DNA of 64,000 bases from Pseudomonadota bacterium. Lineage in GTDB: Bacteria > Desulfobacterota > Binatia > Binatales > Binataceae. The translations under genes were made by a program, and so were the position numbers. Shown here piece by piece: positions 17,532 to 27,432 of this stretch. Below the pieces are notes generated by a model, which did not search any database, was not told the DNA's origin, and worked only from the letters and a program-made list of their open reading frames with translations. Where the stretch lies: contig JAJPIG010000011.1 in the NCBI GenBank assembly GCA_021324855.1, positions 130,877-194,876 on the forward strand, in the 5' to 3' direction. Position 1 is the stretch's first letter. Every line of letters starts with the position of its first letter.

Positions 17532-18694
17532 GCCTGCGAGGCAAGGCCGCGATCGTCGGCGCATGGGAACATCCGACGCGCTTCGCGCCGAACAAGACCA
17601 TGTTCCAGATCATGGCGGAGAGCGCGCGTGGCGCGCTCGACGACGCGGGCCTCACGATCAAGGACGTTGACGGCCTCTGCACGACCGGCGTCGGGATGGG
17701 CTGGATGGGCCTGCTTGGCTTCTGCGACTACCTCAACCTGACGCCGAGCTATGTCGACTCGACGGCGATCGGCGGCTCGTCGTTCGTGGCGCATACCGCG
17801 CATGCCGCGGCCGCGATCGCGGCCGGCCTCTGCGAGACGGTGCTGATCGTCTACGGCTCGACGGCGGCCTCGCAGCGCTTCGCGATCGGCACGGGCGGCG
17901 TGGCCGGCGGCGGCGAACCCTGCGATCAGTACGAGCTGCCGTTCGGACCGACCACGGTCGGCTCCTACGCAATGATTGCGCAGCGCCATATGCACGACTA
18001 CGGCACTACGCCCGAGCAGCTCGCCGAGGTCGCGGTGATCGCGCGCCAGCACGCCGCGCTCAATCCCGACGCGAAGTATCGCGAGCCGATCACGGTCGCC
18101 GATGTGCTTGCGTCGCGCATCGTGTCGTCGCCGCTCCATCTGCTCGATTGCTGCATGATTAGCGACGGCGGCGGCGCGGTGGTCGTCACCTCGGCCGAGC
18201 GCGCGCGCGATTTGAAGAAGCCGCCCGTCTACCTGCTCGGCGCGGGCGAGGCGGTGCGCCATACGGCGCGTGGCACGCGCGATTTCCTCGAGGTCGCAGC
18301 GGCGCAATCGGGGCGGCTCGCCTTCGAGCGCGCCGGTGTGAGCCATCGCGAAATCGATCTCGCGATGGTCTACGATTCGTTCACGATCACCGTGATCGTC
18401 ACGCTCGAGAACCTCGGCTTTTGCAAGCGCGGCGAAGGCGGCGCGTTCGTCAGTGGCGGACGGCTCCGCTTCGACGGCGATTTTCCGCTCAACACCGACG
18501 GCGGCGGGCTGTCGTCGAATCATCCCGGGATGCGCGGGATGTTCCTGCTGATCGAGGCGGCGCGCCAGTTGCGCGGCGAGGCCGGCGCGCGCCAGGTCCG
18601 CGATTGCCAAATCGCGCTCGTGCATGGCACTGGCGGAAATCTCGGCACGCGTCATTCCGGCGCGACGTTGATCCTGTCGAATCAGGTTGGATGA
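17528..18694 (+). CDS. thiolase-like protein (SCP-x/Ltp-type, non-canonical thiolase)
   Basis: Thiolase fold without canonical Cys-His-Cys spacing. Typical partner of DUF35 proteins. Start codon overlaps the upstream gene. Confidence 0.65.
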   Translation: MSLRGKAAIVGAWEHPTRFAPNKTMFQIMAESARGALDDAGLTIKDVDGLCTTGVGMGWMGLLGFCDYLNLTPSYVDSTAIGGSSFVAHTAHAAAAIAAGLCETVLIVYGSTAASQRFAIGTGGVAGGGEPCDQYELPFGPTTVGSYAMIAQRHMHDYGTTPEQLAEVAVIARQHAALNPDAKYREPITVADVLASRIVSSPLHLLDCCMISDGGGAVVVTSAERARDLKKPPVYLLGAGEAVRHTARGTRDFLEVAAAQSGRLAFERAGVSHREIDLAMVYDSFTITVIVTLENLGFCKRGEGGAFVSGGRLRFDGDFPLNTDGGGLSSNHPGMRGMFLLIEAARQLRGEAGARQVRDCQIALVHGTGGNLGTRHSGATLILSNQVG

Positions 18695-18700
18695 GCCCCG

Positions 18701-19123
18701 ATGGCCGCGGAATCGAAAGCCTACGCCAAGCCGCTGCCCCATCTGGATGAGGAAAATCGTCCATGGTGGGAGGCGCTCAAGCGCCACGAGTTGTACCTCC
18801 AGCGATGCCGCGATTGCGGCGCGACGCGCTACTACCCGCGCGCGCTATGTCCCGAATGTCTCTCGTCGCAGACCGAATGGCTCCGCTCACGCGGCGCCGG
18901 CAAGGTCTACACGTTCACGACAACCTGGCAGAACGCGACGCCCGGTTTTCGCGAATCGCTCCCCTATGTGCTCGCGTATGTCGAGCTCGATGAGGGCCTC
19001 AAACTTCTGACCAATATTGTCGACTGCCCGCCCGAACAGGTTAGAATAGGGATGCCGGTGACGGTGGTGTTCGACGACGTTACGCCCGAAGTGACACTCG
19101 CGAAGTTCCGGCCGGTACCGTAA
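18701..19123 (+). CDS. DUF35 OB-fold / Zn-ribbon protein (thiolase/HMG-CoA-synthase-scaffold family)
   Basis: CRDCGATRYYPRALCPECLS zinc ribbon followed by an OB-fold. Confidence 0.7.
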   Translation: MAAESKAYAKPLPHLDEENRPWWEALKRHELYLQRCRDCGATRYYPRALCPECLSSQTEWLRSRGAGKVYTFTTTWQNATPGFRESLPYVLAYVELDEGLKLLTNIVDCPPEQVRIGMPVTVVFDDVTPEVTLAKFRPVP

Positions 19124-19137
19124 AGGCAGCATCCCGG

Positions 19138-19824
19138 ATGGCGACGATTATCGATCTGCACAGTCACAGCGAGGCATCGGACGACTCGCGCGCGCCGGTC
19201 GGGGCCTATCTTAACTGGATCAAGCTGCGGCGCGCCGAGCGTCCCCTCGACGGCATCGTGCTCACCGAGCATCGCCAGTACAATCGCGCCGCCGACTATC
19301 GCGCGCTCGAAGACCAGTTCGACGTGATGGTGCTGCGCGCGTCGGAAGTCGAGACCGACTACGGCCATATGCTGGTCTTCGGCGTAAACGACGACATCCT
19401 GCGCCGCTTCGACTTCAGCAACGTACGGCTGCCCGCGCAGGAGGTGATCGACGGCGTGGCGGAGCTGGGCGGCGTGGTCGTGCCATGTCATCCGGGGCGT
19501 CCAACCGTCGGCCTGTGTGAGCATTACGAGACCAAGCCGCCGCTTGAAAATGTGACGGCCGTGGAACTGCTCAACGGCGGCTCGCGCAAGGGCGAAAATG
19601 AACGCGCGGCGGCGCTGGTGGATCGTTACGGCTATCGCGCGATCGGCGGATCCGACAGCCATATGGTGAGCCTGATCGGACTCTGCGCGACGCGCTTCGA
19701 CGCCGATGTCCGAACGATCGACGAGCTGGTACGCGAGCTCAAGTCGGGGCGCTACGAGCCGGTTGATTTTCGGCCGAATCGTCCGCGGCCGCGCCGCGCC
19801 GCTCCCGAAATGGCAGGAACGTAG
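19138..19824 (+). CDS. PHP-domain metal-dependent phosphoesterase
   Basis: N-terminal IDLHSHSEASDD (PHP motif I) and later His/Asp ligands. Confidence 0.6.
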   Translation: MATIIDLHSHSEASDDSRAPVGAYLNWIKLRRAERPLDGIVLTEHRQYNRAADYRALEDQFDVMVLRASEVETDYGHMLVFGVNDDILRRFDFSNVRLPAQEVIDGVAELGGVVVPCHPGRPTVGLCEHYETKPPLENVTAVELLNGGSRKGENERAAALVDRYGYRAIGGSDSHMVSLIGLCATRFDADVRTIDELVRELKSGRYEPVDFRPNRPRPRRAAPEMAGT

Positions 19825-19826
19825 AG

Positions 19827-20258
19827 ATGGCCGTCGATCAGTCGCTTATCGGCAAGCAGTTCGAGGCCACCGAGCCAGTGGTTGTGACCTCCGAAGCGAT
19901 CGCGGCCTATTGCGACGCGCTCGGCGATGAGAACTACCGTCGGCCCGGGCCCGATGGCGCAATCGTTGCGCCGCCGTCCTTTGCCGTCACGTTCCGCAAT
20001 ACCGAGGCTTTTTTTCATTACACACCGCGGTTCGGGCGGGGCTTCGATGCCGGCAAGGAGGTTGAGTTCTTCGCGCCGATTCGCGCCGGCGATTCGATCA
20101 CGCTGACTTCCGTTGTCCGCGAGATGTACGAAAAGACCGGGCGCAGCGGCACGATGACCTTCGTCGTGCTGCGATCCACATTGACCAACCAACGCGGAGA
20201 GACCGTCGCCCACGTCGACCATCGCTTCGTCCATCGCAACCCCGGCGAGCCCGGATGA
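19827..20258 (+). CDS. MaoC N-terminal-like hotdog domain protein (ChsH1-like hydratase subunit)
   Basis: FAS1-like dehydratase N-terminal hotdog pattern. Translationally coupled to the next gene. Confidence 0.55.
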   Translation: MAVDQSLIGKQFEATEPVVVTSEAIAAYCDALGDENYRRPGPDGAIVAPPSFAVTFRNTEAFFHYTPRFGRGFDAGKEVEFFAPIRAGDSITLTSVVREMYEKTGRSGTMTFVVLRSTLTNQRGETVAHVDHRFVHRNPGEPG

Positions 20259-20689
20259 GCGCGAATACGGGCAGGCATTTCGATTCCGTCGCGGTCGGCG
20301 AGTCGCTCGGCCCGCATGAGATCGTGATCGAAAAGCCGCGCGCCCGCGCTTTCGCAGCCGCGTGTGGGATGGACTCCGGCCGCTTTCACGATGACGAAGC
20401 GGCGCGCGCCGAAGGCTTGCCGGGGATGATCATCCCGGGGAACTTTAGCCTGGGCCTGCTGAGCAAGCTCGTGACCGACTGGCTCGGCGCCGGACCCGGC
20501 CGTCTGACGCGCATCGGCACCACCTACCGCGCAATCGTGCTTCCCGAACGCAGGCTTACGCTGCACGGCTTCGTCACGCATATCGAGCGCGAGGCGCGAT
20601 CGGTCGAAATCGATGTCTGGATCGAGAACGAAGAGGCCGAACGGCTTGTGATCGGCACCGCGAGCGTCGCGTTCCCGCCGACCGACTGA
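20255..20689 (+). CDS. MaoC-like dehydratase, catalytic hotdog subunit
   Basis: MaoC dehydratase core (GMIIPGNFSLGLL). Confidence 0.6.
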   Translation: MSANTGRHFDSVAVGESLGPHEIVIEKPRARAFAAACGMDSGRFHDDEAARAEGLPGMIIPGNFSLGLLSKLVTDWLGAGPGRLTRIGTTYRAIVLPERRLTLHGFVTHIEREARSVEIDVWIENEEAERLVIGTASVAFPPTD

Positions 20690-20748
20690 CAATCAGGCCG
20701 CGTGGATTCGCTTGTCACGCTCCGATATAAAAGGCGCGGGAGCGGGGG

Positions 20749-22209
20749 ATGGAGTCGACGGCCGGGCAGCCAGTTGCGATCGATGAGGCTTTCTCTCGCA
20801 CGCGAATCACACTGGCCGTTCTGATCGCCGGCAGTATCGTCACCTACCTTTCGCGTTTCGGCCACGAGCCGCTCGGCGCGAGCGAGGCGTTCAGCGCGTG
20901 GGCGGCTGCCAAGCCGAGCCTCCGCGCGATCATCGCAATCCCGGTTTTGTATGACCCGGGCAAGCAGCTCCTCTATTACATTGCGCTGCATTACTACACT
21001 GGGATCTTCGGCGCGAGTGAGATGGCGCTGCGCTCGCTCTCGCTGCTCTTCGCCATCGGGAGCATCGGGCTGGTCTACATCGCGGGGCGCGACCTGTTCG
21101 ATGCGGAGACGGGCGTTGCGGCGGTGGCAATCTGGTGTTTCAACCCGCTCGCGATGATCTTCGCCTACCGCGCACGCGGTTACGCGATGTTGTTATTCAT
21201 GGCGCTGGCGCAGCTAATCGCAATGTGGCGGGTGCGCGAACGTCCAAGCGCCGGGCGCGCCCTGTGGTGCGGCCTGCTCGGCGCGGCGCTGCTGTTTACA
21301 CACATGAGCGGGATTCTGCTGCTCGGCGTGGAGGGCGGGATGCTGCTGCGCGATCTTCTCCGCGGCCGCTCCACGTCGTATCCGTGGATTGCGATGGTCG
21401 TCACAGCGGTCCTGTTCGCACCGTATCTGCCGATCGCGATGACGCAAAGTCATCAGCTCGTTTCCGGCCATTGGCTCGACTGGATCGGCACGCGGCATTA
21501 CTCGATCGCCGAGCGAGCCGCGGCGGCGTTGCTCGCCGCCGTCTTGGGTGTCGCGATGGTCTTCGGGCCCAGAATCGAGAACGCCCGCGCTGAGCCGCTG
21601 CGATGGATCGCCGCATGGTCGCTACTGCCGTTAATCGGATTACTCGCGGGATCGGTTGTGATGCGCCCGATGTTCACGCCGCGTTACGTGCTGCCGTCGT
21701 TCGCCGGCCTCGCAATCCTCACAGCCGATATCCTCGCGCTGTGGAGCACCAAATTGCGGAACCTGGCCGCCGCCGGATTCGCAATCGCTTTTATCATGAT
21801 GATGCCCTATACACACGTCGCCAGCGAACCGTGGCCGGCGCTGGTGAGCGCAATCGATGCGGCTAAATCGCCCGCGCAGCCAATCTTTTTTGAGACCGGC
21901 TTTGTCGCGCACGGCGCGGCGGGCAAAGTCCCCAACGGCGGGTTTCCATTCGGCTATTACTCGATTCCGTTCAACTATTATTTTCACGGCCCGAATCCGC
22001 GCGTGACGATTCCGGGGCACGATCCCGCGGCGGCCCGCGCGATCATCGAGCGCGATGTCGGTGAGGCGGGCGGCGGGTGGCTGGTGAGCTGGAAGGAAGG
22101 CGAGGTGAAGCCGGAGCTGCCGGATGCCCGTCAATTTCGGATCAAGACCTTTGCGTCGCAACCGGAATTGGCGATTTATCGGATCGTGCCGATCACCTCG
22201 GCGCACTGA
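20749..22209 (+). CDS. polytopic membrane glycosyltransferase (GT39/GT83-like, ArnT/PMT fold)
   Basis: ~11 TM helices, with conserved residues in the N-terminal loops typical of lipid-linked-sugar transferases. Confidence 0.5.
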   Translation: MESTAGQPVAIDEAFSRTRITLAVLIAGSIVTYLSRFGHEPLGASEAFSAWAAAKPSLRAIIAIPVLYDPGKQLLYYIALHYYTGIFGASEMALRSLSLLFAIGSIGLVYIAGRDLFDAETGVAAVAIWCFNPLAMIFAYRARGYAMLLFMALAQLIAMWRVRERPSAGRALWCGLLGAALLFTHMSGILLLGVEGGMLLRDLLRGRSTSYPWIAMVVTAVLFAPYLPIAMTQSHQLVSGHWLDWIGTRHYSIAERAAAALLAAVLGVAMVFGPRIENARAEPLRWIAAWSLLPLIGLLAGSVVMRPMFTPRYVLPSFAGLAILTADILALWSTKLRNLAAAGFAIAFIMMMPYTHVASEPWPALVSAIDAAKSPAQPIFFETGFVAHGAAGKVPNGGFPFGYYSIPFNYYFHGPNPRVTIPGHDPAAARAIIERDVGEAGGGWLVSWKEGEVKPELPDARQFRIKTFASQPELAIYRIVPITSAH

Positions 22210-22368
22210 ATCGGGTCTGTTAGTTTGGACTTGACGAGTTCTTTCGAGCACAACTTGGGCGTAGATTTCGGGATGACGTGCGGCTCGGATCAGGTGATCA
22301 CGAAATTCCATCTGGAATGCGAGCGGTTCATCGGCGCGTTGCTGAGATGAATCGCCCACGGAAGCGCA

Positions 22369-22395
22369 AGCCGGCAGCGTGACGCGCTGCCGGCT
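22369..22395. terminator. perfect 11-bp-stem hairpin (AGCCGGCAGCG-tgacg-CGCTGCCGGCT) between convergent genes
   Basis: Seen in sequence. No clear U-tract on either side. Confidence 0.3.
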
Positions 22396-22416
22396 GCTAA
22401 GCGACGAAATTCCCGC

Positions 22417-22758
22417 TTACTGTCCCTGGGTTATCGTCCAGCCCTGTCCCTGGCAGGGATTGACCGAGTACTGGTAGGCGTATTGCGATGCGCCGTACAG
22501 CACTGCCATCACGTCGAAGGTGCAGTTATCGGCACTGCCGACATTGATGGTCATCGATTGTCCGGGAGCCAGCGACTGGCCGGCGATCAGGTTAGTGGTG
22601 CTCCAGCTCGAAACGTCGCTGCCCGACGCGTAGAACTCGGTCATCGTGTACGGAGTATTGTTCGTCACCTGCATGGTCACATTGTTCGACGCCCGCGCGC
22701 TGGTGAAAGTCATCCCAATAGCGAGCAGCAGGACCGATAGGTAGCGTAATGGTTTCAT
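22417..22758 (-). CDS. small secreted Cys-containing protein of unknown function (last gene of the Tad-like cluster)
   Basis: Signal peptide MKPLRYLSVLLLAIGMTFTSARA. Two Cys (NCTF...NPCQ). Confidence 0.5.
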   Translation of the reverse strand: MKPLRYLSVLLLAIGMTFTSARASNNVTMQVTNNTPYTMTEFYASGSDVSSWSTTNLIAGQSLAPGQSMTINVGSADNCTFDVMAVLYGASQYAYQYSVNPCQGQGWTITQGQ

Positions 22759-22774
22759 CTTTTTCCCTCCCCTG

Positions 22775-23311
22775 TCATCCTTCGCAGAAGGCAGATTCTG
22801 AATTGCTGAGCGACGTTGGAAAACTAATGCCCAAGAACGGATTGGGCACCGCGATCAGATGCTTAACATCGAAGGTGAGCGAGACCGTCAATGAATTGCC
22901 AAACGCGCAAGGCGGCGCCGGACTCAAGGTTGTAGTTAGATAGCTGCCGTTATTCGCACTGATGGTCGGCGATGCGACCGAAAGGATATAGCTGTTGACC
23001 TGCGACTGGGTCGCACTCGGGTTCACCGCGGCCCATCGGGCGCCCTGATAATTTGCCTGCCCCAGTGCGAGCGCGGCATTGCCGATGATCGCGAACTGAA
23101 CGCCGATCACCAGCACGATCAGCGCGACCGTCAGGATGATCGCGAACTCGACCGCGGCCTGCGCCTTTCCGCCGCCGGCAATCATTCGGCGGATTGCGGC
23201 GCTATCGATGAAACGTCCTCCATGGTTACCTACAGTTTTCGTCTCCATCGTCAGTTGGTCTCCTGTTCTTTCCTCCACCTGAAACCGCTCATCGTCGGAG
23301 CAGAATGCCAA
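22775..23311 (-). CDS. TadE/TadF-like pseudopilin-family protein
   Basis: AAVEFAIILTVALIVLV matches the TadE-like N-terminal helix (pfam07811 pattern). Probable start at METKT (~23248). Confidence 0.6.
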   Translation of the reverse strand: MAFCSDDERFQVEERTGDQLTMETKTVGNHGGRFIDSAAIRRMIAGGGKAQAAVEFAIILTVALIVLVIGVQFAIIGNAALALGQANYQGARWAAVNPSATQSQVNSYILSVASPTISANNGSYLTTTLSPAPPCAFGNSLTVSLTFDVKHLIAVPNPFLGISFPTSLSNSESAFCEG

Positions 23312-23312
23312 C

Positions 23313-24338
23313 CTATTTCGTGAGAATCGGATGCCCGCGTGAGCCGAAGTATGGTGCTCCGGGGCTGCCGAAACTATCGGCGATCACCTGGCTGATGAAA
23401 TGCACGTTGACCTGGCCGCCGCTGTAACTGTCGAGCCATAGTGTGGCGAAGGCTGTCACCTGCACCTGTGAACGGCCATTCTGACCTTCCCAATTAACCA
23501 CCGGTACAATCAGAACCCGTGGATCATTAAGCGTGTGATTCGAGAAGGTGCCGTTCGGATCGACCGTCTGCGCGAGCGTAAGCCGATCCTGAAAGCCCTG
23601 GTCAACCGGACCGACCTTCTTGCCGGGCTCGGTGGTGACCCAATCGCCCACGCTGACCATCCCGTTATAGCCATTGGCGATGTTAGTCCTAAGATTGCTG
23701 CCGCCGACTCCGCCGAGCGCGAGCAAGTCCCAATTACCAGGACCGACCTGACCCTGTTGGAGGGTTATCGAACTGCCGTCCGAATATTTTGTATTCGAAT
23801 CGAGACCGATCGGGACGAGCCCGCAGCTACCGGTACTCGCGCAATAGGTGCCGTTATTGCCATTGTTGTCTCCGCCTGGCGGAACCTGCGACGGCGAGGT
23901 GGCGTTCACAGTGCTCGGCGCGTACTGCGGAGAGGCCGACGCACTGACCGAAACCGTGCCGTTCGACAGCCCGAGCACCTTGGCGAAGTAATACGGCACC
24001 GTGCGCTTCAAGGTCATCGAGATCGTCAGATCGTCCGGACTAACCGTCGTGGACTGGATCTCGGATGCCGCCGCACCGTCGTTTTCCGCGTAGGCATTGG
24101 CGGTGTTGGTCGCCTGAGTCGGATTATCAGGCAGGTAGTTCGCTCCAGCCAGAACGCCGGCATCAGCCGCTTTCTGTAGCTGAACCCAGTTGAAGTAGAA
24201 GATCGCGACGTCGGTGCCGAGCGCAATCGCGCCCAGCAACGCCGGCATCACGAGTGCGATGATGACCATCGTCTGGCCTTTGCTCTTGCCCCTCATATGG
24301 TCCTTTCCCCAGCCGCATCGGCGGACGGTAAATTCCAT
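23313..24338 (-). CDS. TadG-like pilus-assembly-family protein (Tad N-terminal domain plus Gly/Ser/Thr/Asn-rich C-terminal region)
   Basis: KGQTMVIIALVMPALLGAIALGTDVAIFYFNWVQLQKAADAGVLAGA matches the Tad/TadG N-terminal domain. Probable start MRGKSKGQ (~24296). Confidence 0.6.
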   Translation of the reverse strand: MEFTVRRCGWGKDHMRGKSKGQTMVIIALVMPALLGAIALGTDVAIFYFNWVQLQKAADAGVLAGANYLPDNPTQATNTANAYAENDGAAASEIQSTTVSPDDLTISMTLKRTVPYYFAKVLGLSNGTVSVSASASPQYAPSTVNATSPSQVPPGGDNNGNNGTYCASTGSCGLVPIGLDSNTKYSDGSSITLQQGQVGPGNWDLLALGGVGGSNLRTNIANGYNGMVSVGDWVTTEPGKKVGPVDQGFQDRLTLAQTVDPNGTFSNHTLNDPRVLIVPVVNWEGQNGRSQVQVTAFATLWLDSYSGGQVNVHFISQVIADSFGSPGAPYFGSRGHPILTK

Positions 24339-24573
24339 GGAGGGCAGGAGCAGCTTCCATGCCGGGAAAACTCTGCAGGCAGAAGCGATTTAAAAACAAT
24401 ATTGCCGGACAAAGCGAAGCGCACACGAGTGTAGTCGTTGCAGCAGCGCAACGAGAAAATAAAACTGTCTACGACGGGTTCGCCGTACAATAAATGAATC
24501 GGGCGCCCGCCCGATGGCGTGGCGCCCGTCATTTACTCGCAGATGGCGCGAAGTTGAGTTTCGACCAGCGTCG

Positions 24574-25755
24574 CTACTGTTCGAGGACGACTGTGCAGAC
24601 CCCAGCGACCCCCTGAACACAAGTTTGAGTAGTGCCGCCTGGGACGCCGCCGCCGTTGGGATCAACCTGGACGAACGTCAGGTTGAGGACCCAGCTCTGA
24701 GGTCCGGTCTGCGAAACGCTATCGAGAAAGACCGTGGCAAGGTTCAATATCGGAACCGGAGTGCTGGCGCCTGTCACGCCAGTCGCGTTTACTACCGGGA
24801 TTATGACCACCCGCGGATCATTCGCATTGGGAGTCGTTGTTGGTGGACCGACGCTCGGAGGGACGGGATTATCGCTTGGGTAATTGGCCGAGCCTTGCGT
24901 GATCCTATCTTGGATGCCCGCCACCGCTCCTTGGAGAGCGGCATTGCCGGTATTAACCGGCATACACCAGGATGACACGGTGCAGCCGGGTTGTCCGTCC
25001 GGATTGTAGGTGATGTTGTCAAGTGGATTGGTCGGGTCCGGCGACACCCATCCAGTCTTCGTCAGGTTCTCCATGTACGGCTTGCCATTGCTGTTGGACA
25101 TGCCGGGTAGCTGCAAGATTCCCCAGTTTCCGGCGCCATAACTGCCGCTCGATCCCCCGAGGTTAAGCGATATAGTGGTGCCTAGCGTCCCCGGACATGA
25201 CTGACCCGTGGGACAATCGATCCATATCGGGAGCGTGTGACCACCCTGTCCGTTGCTACCGCTGACCGATGTAATGCCAGCCCTGGCCGTCACGTTGAGA
25301 GTGGCATTCGTCAGTCCGAGCACGCGGCCGAAGAAATAAGGAACCTGTCGTGACATCCGGACTTCGACCCAACTCGGGAAGCTCGAACCATCGACCGTCA
25401 CATTAATCGTGTCACCGGTTCGCCCATTCATCTGAGCATAGGATGTCGCCGCGGTGTTCGCGTCGGTGGTGTCATTGGGCAGATATCCGGCGCCGGCGAG
25501 CGCGCCTGAGTCAGCTGCCTTCTGTAACTGCAACCAATTGAAGTACATCACGGCGAAATCGGCGCCGAGCGCAACCGCACCAACGATCACTGGCAACACG
25601 AGCGCGATAATCACCGCCGTCTGGCCCTTTGAATATTTTGTTTTCATATGACTCCTGTAGCCCGGAAGCCTTCTGAATTTGCCGGAGAGTTTCTGGATGT
25701 TCATCACCTCCGTCGAAAGGGCTGTGCGAATTTGGGCCACGCCAGCAGTATTCAA
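24574..25755 (-). CDS. TadG-like protein, paralog of 23313..24338
   Basis: KGQTAVIIALVLPVIVGAVALGADFAVMYFNWLQLQKAADSGALAGA. Probable start MKTKYSKGQ (~25647). Confidence 0.6.
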   Translation of the reverse strand: MNTAGVAQIRTALSTEVMNIQKLSGKFRRLPGYRSHMKTKYSKGQTAVIIALVLPVIVGAVALGADFAVMYFNWLQLQKAADSGALAGAGYLPNDTTDANTAATSYAQMNGRTGDTINVTVDGSSFPSWVEVRMSRQVPYFFGRVLGLTNATLNVTARAGITSVSGSNGQGGHTLPIWIDCPTGQSCPGTLGTTISLNLGGSSGSYGAGNWGILQLPGMSNSNGKPYMENLTKTGWVSPDPTNPLDNITYNPDGQPGCTVSSWCMPVNTGNAALQGAVAGIQDRITQGSANYPSDNPVPPSVGPPTTTPNANDPRVVIIPVVNATGVTGASTPVPILNLATVFLDSVSQTGPQSWVLNLTFVQVDPNGGGVPGGTTQTCVQGVAGVCTVVLEQ

Positions 25756-25883
25756 TCCTATGCCGGTTCTATGTTCGTTGCAAACAATCTATGCGGGCTT
25801 TGGACCGATAAACTAAGCAATTTTAAGCGCTGTTCCCGGCTCCGAATAAGCCGAAATACGGGCAAAAAAGTCACAAAAATGTT

Positions 25884-26534
25884 ATGTTTTTCCAATTCAT
25901 GGGCAGGGCTTATCGCGTTAAGGAGATTTTTTATTCGCTCCAGGGAGAAGGTGCGAACGCAGGAAGGGCGGCGGTTTTTTGCCGTTTCGCGGGCTGCAAC
26001 TTATGGACGGGACGCTTGGAGGATCGTGCGCGCGGGCCGGGCTCGTGCTCTCGATGGTGCGATACGGACTTTCTCGGCGGCGTCAATTACACGCTCGACG
26101 AACTGACGGCGATCGTCGAGCGGGAGTTTCGCGGGAATTGCCGGCGCTTCGTCGTGATGACCGGTGGCGAGCCGATGCTTCAACTCGACAACGATCTGGT
26201 TCGCGCGCTTCATCGCCGCGGCTTCGAAGTCGCGATCGAAACTAACGGTACCATCGCGATCACGATTCCTGACCTCGATTGGATTTGCGTAAGTCCGAAG
26301 GCAGGCGCTCCCTGGGTCCAGCGCAGCGGCGACGAACTTAAACTGGTTTATCCGCAACCCGGCTTGATGCCGTCCGATCTTGATCTCGAGCAGCTCAATT
26401 TCCGCCACTTGCTCTTGCAACCGATGGACGGCCTCGAGTTGGCCGCGAACCGCGCGGAGGCGGCGCGCTATTGTATGGACAATCCACGCTGGCGATTGAC
26501 TCTCCAGACGCACAAGATCATCGGACTGCGATGA
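25884..26534 (+). CDS. queE: 7-carboxy-7-deazaguanine synthase (radical SAM)
   Basis: IFYSLQGEG...CRFAGCNLW Cx14CxxC-type QueE cluster motif. Confidence 0.8.
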   Translation: MFFQFMGRAYRVKEIFYSLQGEGANAGRAAVFCRFAGCNLWTGRLEDRARGPGSCSRWCDTDFLGGVNYTLDELTAIVEREFRGNCRRFVVMTGGEPMLQLDNDLVRALHRRGFEVAIETNGTIAITIPDLDWICVSPKAGAPWVQRSGDELKLVYPQPGLMPSDLDLEQLNFRHLLLQPMDGLELAANRAEAARYCMDNPRWRLTLQTHKIIGLR

Positions 26535-26623
26535 TCATCTGCTCTGGCGATTGCGTGCCATCTGAGAGTATAAGCGATTCAGAAACGGCCACGCCGGAAT
26601 AACGATTCAGGAGGCATCGCAAG

Positions 26624-27388
26624 ATGGCAGCCGTAGCCGGTCAAGTTGAACGTCCTGAACTCCTGGCCACCCAGGAGGTGAGCTTCATAAGTGAAGGCGC
26701 CCGCATCGGCGGATACCTCGCGCGCCCGCGCGAGAACGGCAAGTACCCGGGCCTGATGATCGTCCATGACATCTTCGGCGTGAGCGACCATGCCCGCGAC
26801 GTCGCGCGACGCTTCGCCAACGTCGGCTTCGTCGTGCTCGTCCCCGACTGTTTCAGCCGCATCGCACTCGGCACCGACGAATCGCGGGTGCGCGAGCGGG
26901 CCGAGCAGCTTGATGATCGGCTGACGGTGCGCGACCTCGAGAACGGCGCCGCGCTTTTGCGCAGCCTCTCCATGTGCAACGGCAAAGTGGGCACGGTCGG
27001 GTTCTGTATGGGCGGTCGGTCGGCACTGCTGTTCGCCTGCAGCAGCGACAAGGTCGATGCTACCGTCGATTGCTGGGGCGGATCGATCACCCCTGACACC
27101 GGCACGAGCAAGCTCCATCCGACTCCGGTCGTGGACCTGGTGAAGAATCTCAGCAAGCCCGTCTACGCAGTGTTCGGCGCGGAGGATCAGAACCCATCGC
27201 CGGCGCATGCAGCCGAGTTGCGCGCTCGGCTCGAGCGCGAGGGTACGCTCAACCTGGTCACGATGGAATCCTTCGCCGGCGCGGGCCACGCCTTCTTCGC
27301 CGATCACAGGCCGGACCGCTATCGCGAGAAGCAGGCGTTCGAGCTGTGGCCGAAGATGGTGTCGTTTCTCAAACAAAATCTGTCCTGA
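26624..27388 (+). CDS. dienelactone hydrolase family protein
   Basis: DLH fold: GLMIVHDIFG, nucleophile region GFCMGG. Confidence 0.7.
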   Translation: MAAVAGQVERPELLATQEVSFISEGARIGGYLARPRENGKYPGLMIVHDIFGVSDHARDVARRFANVGFVVLVPDCFSRIALGTDESRVRERAEQLDDRLTVRDLENGAALLRSLSMCNGKVGTVGFCMGGRSALLFACSSDKVDATVDCWGGSITPDTGTSKLHPTPVVDLVKNLSKPVYAVFGAEDQNPSPAHAAELRARLEREGTLNLVTMESFAGAGHAFFADHRPDRYREKQAFELWPKMVSFLKQNLS

Positions 27389-27432
27389 ACGGCAGGATTA
27401 TAAAACCCGAACCAAGTGCGGAGGGCATCGCA

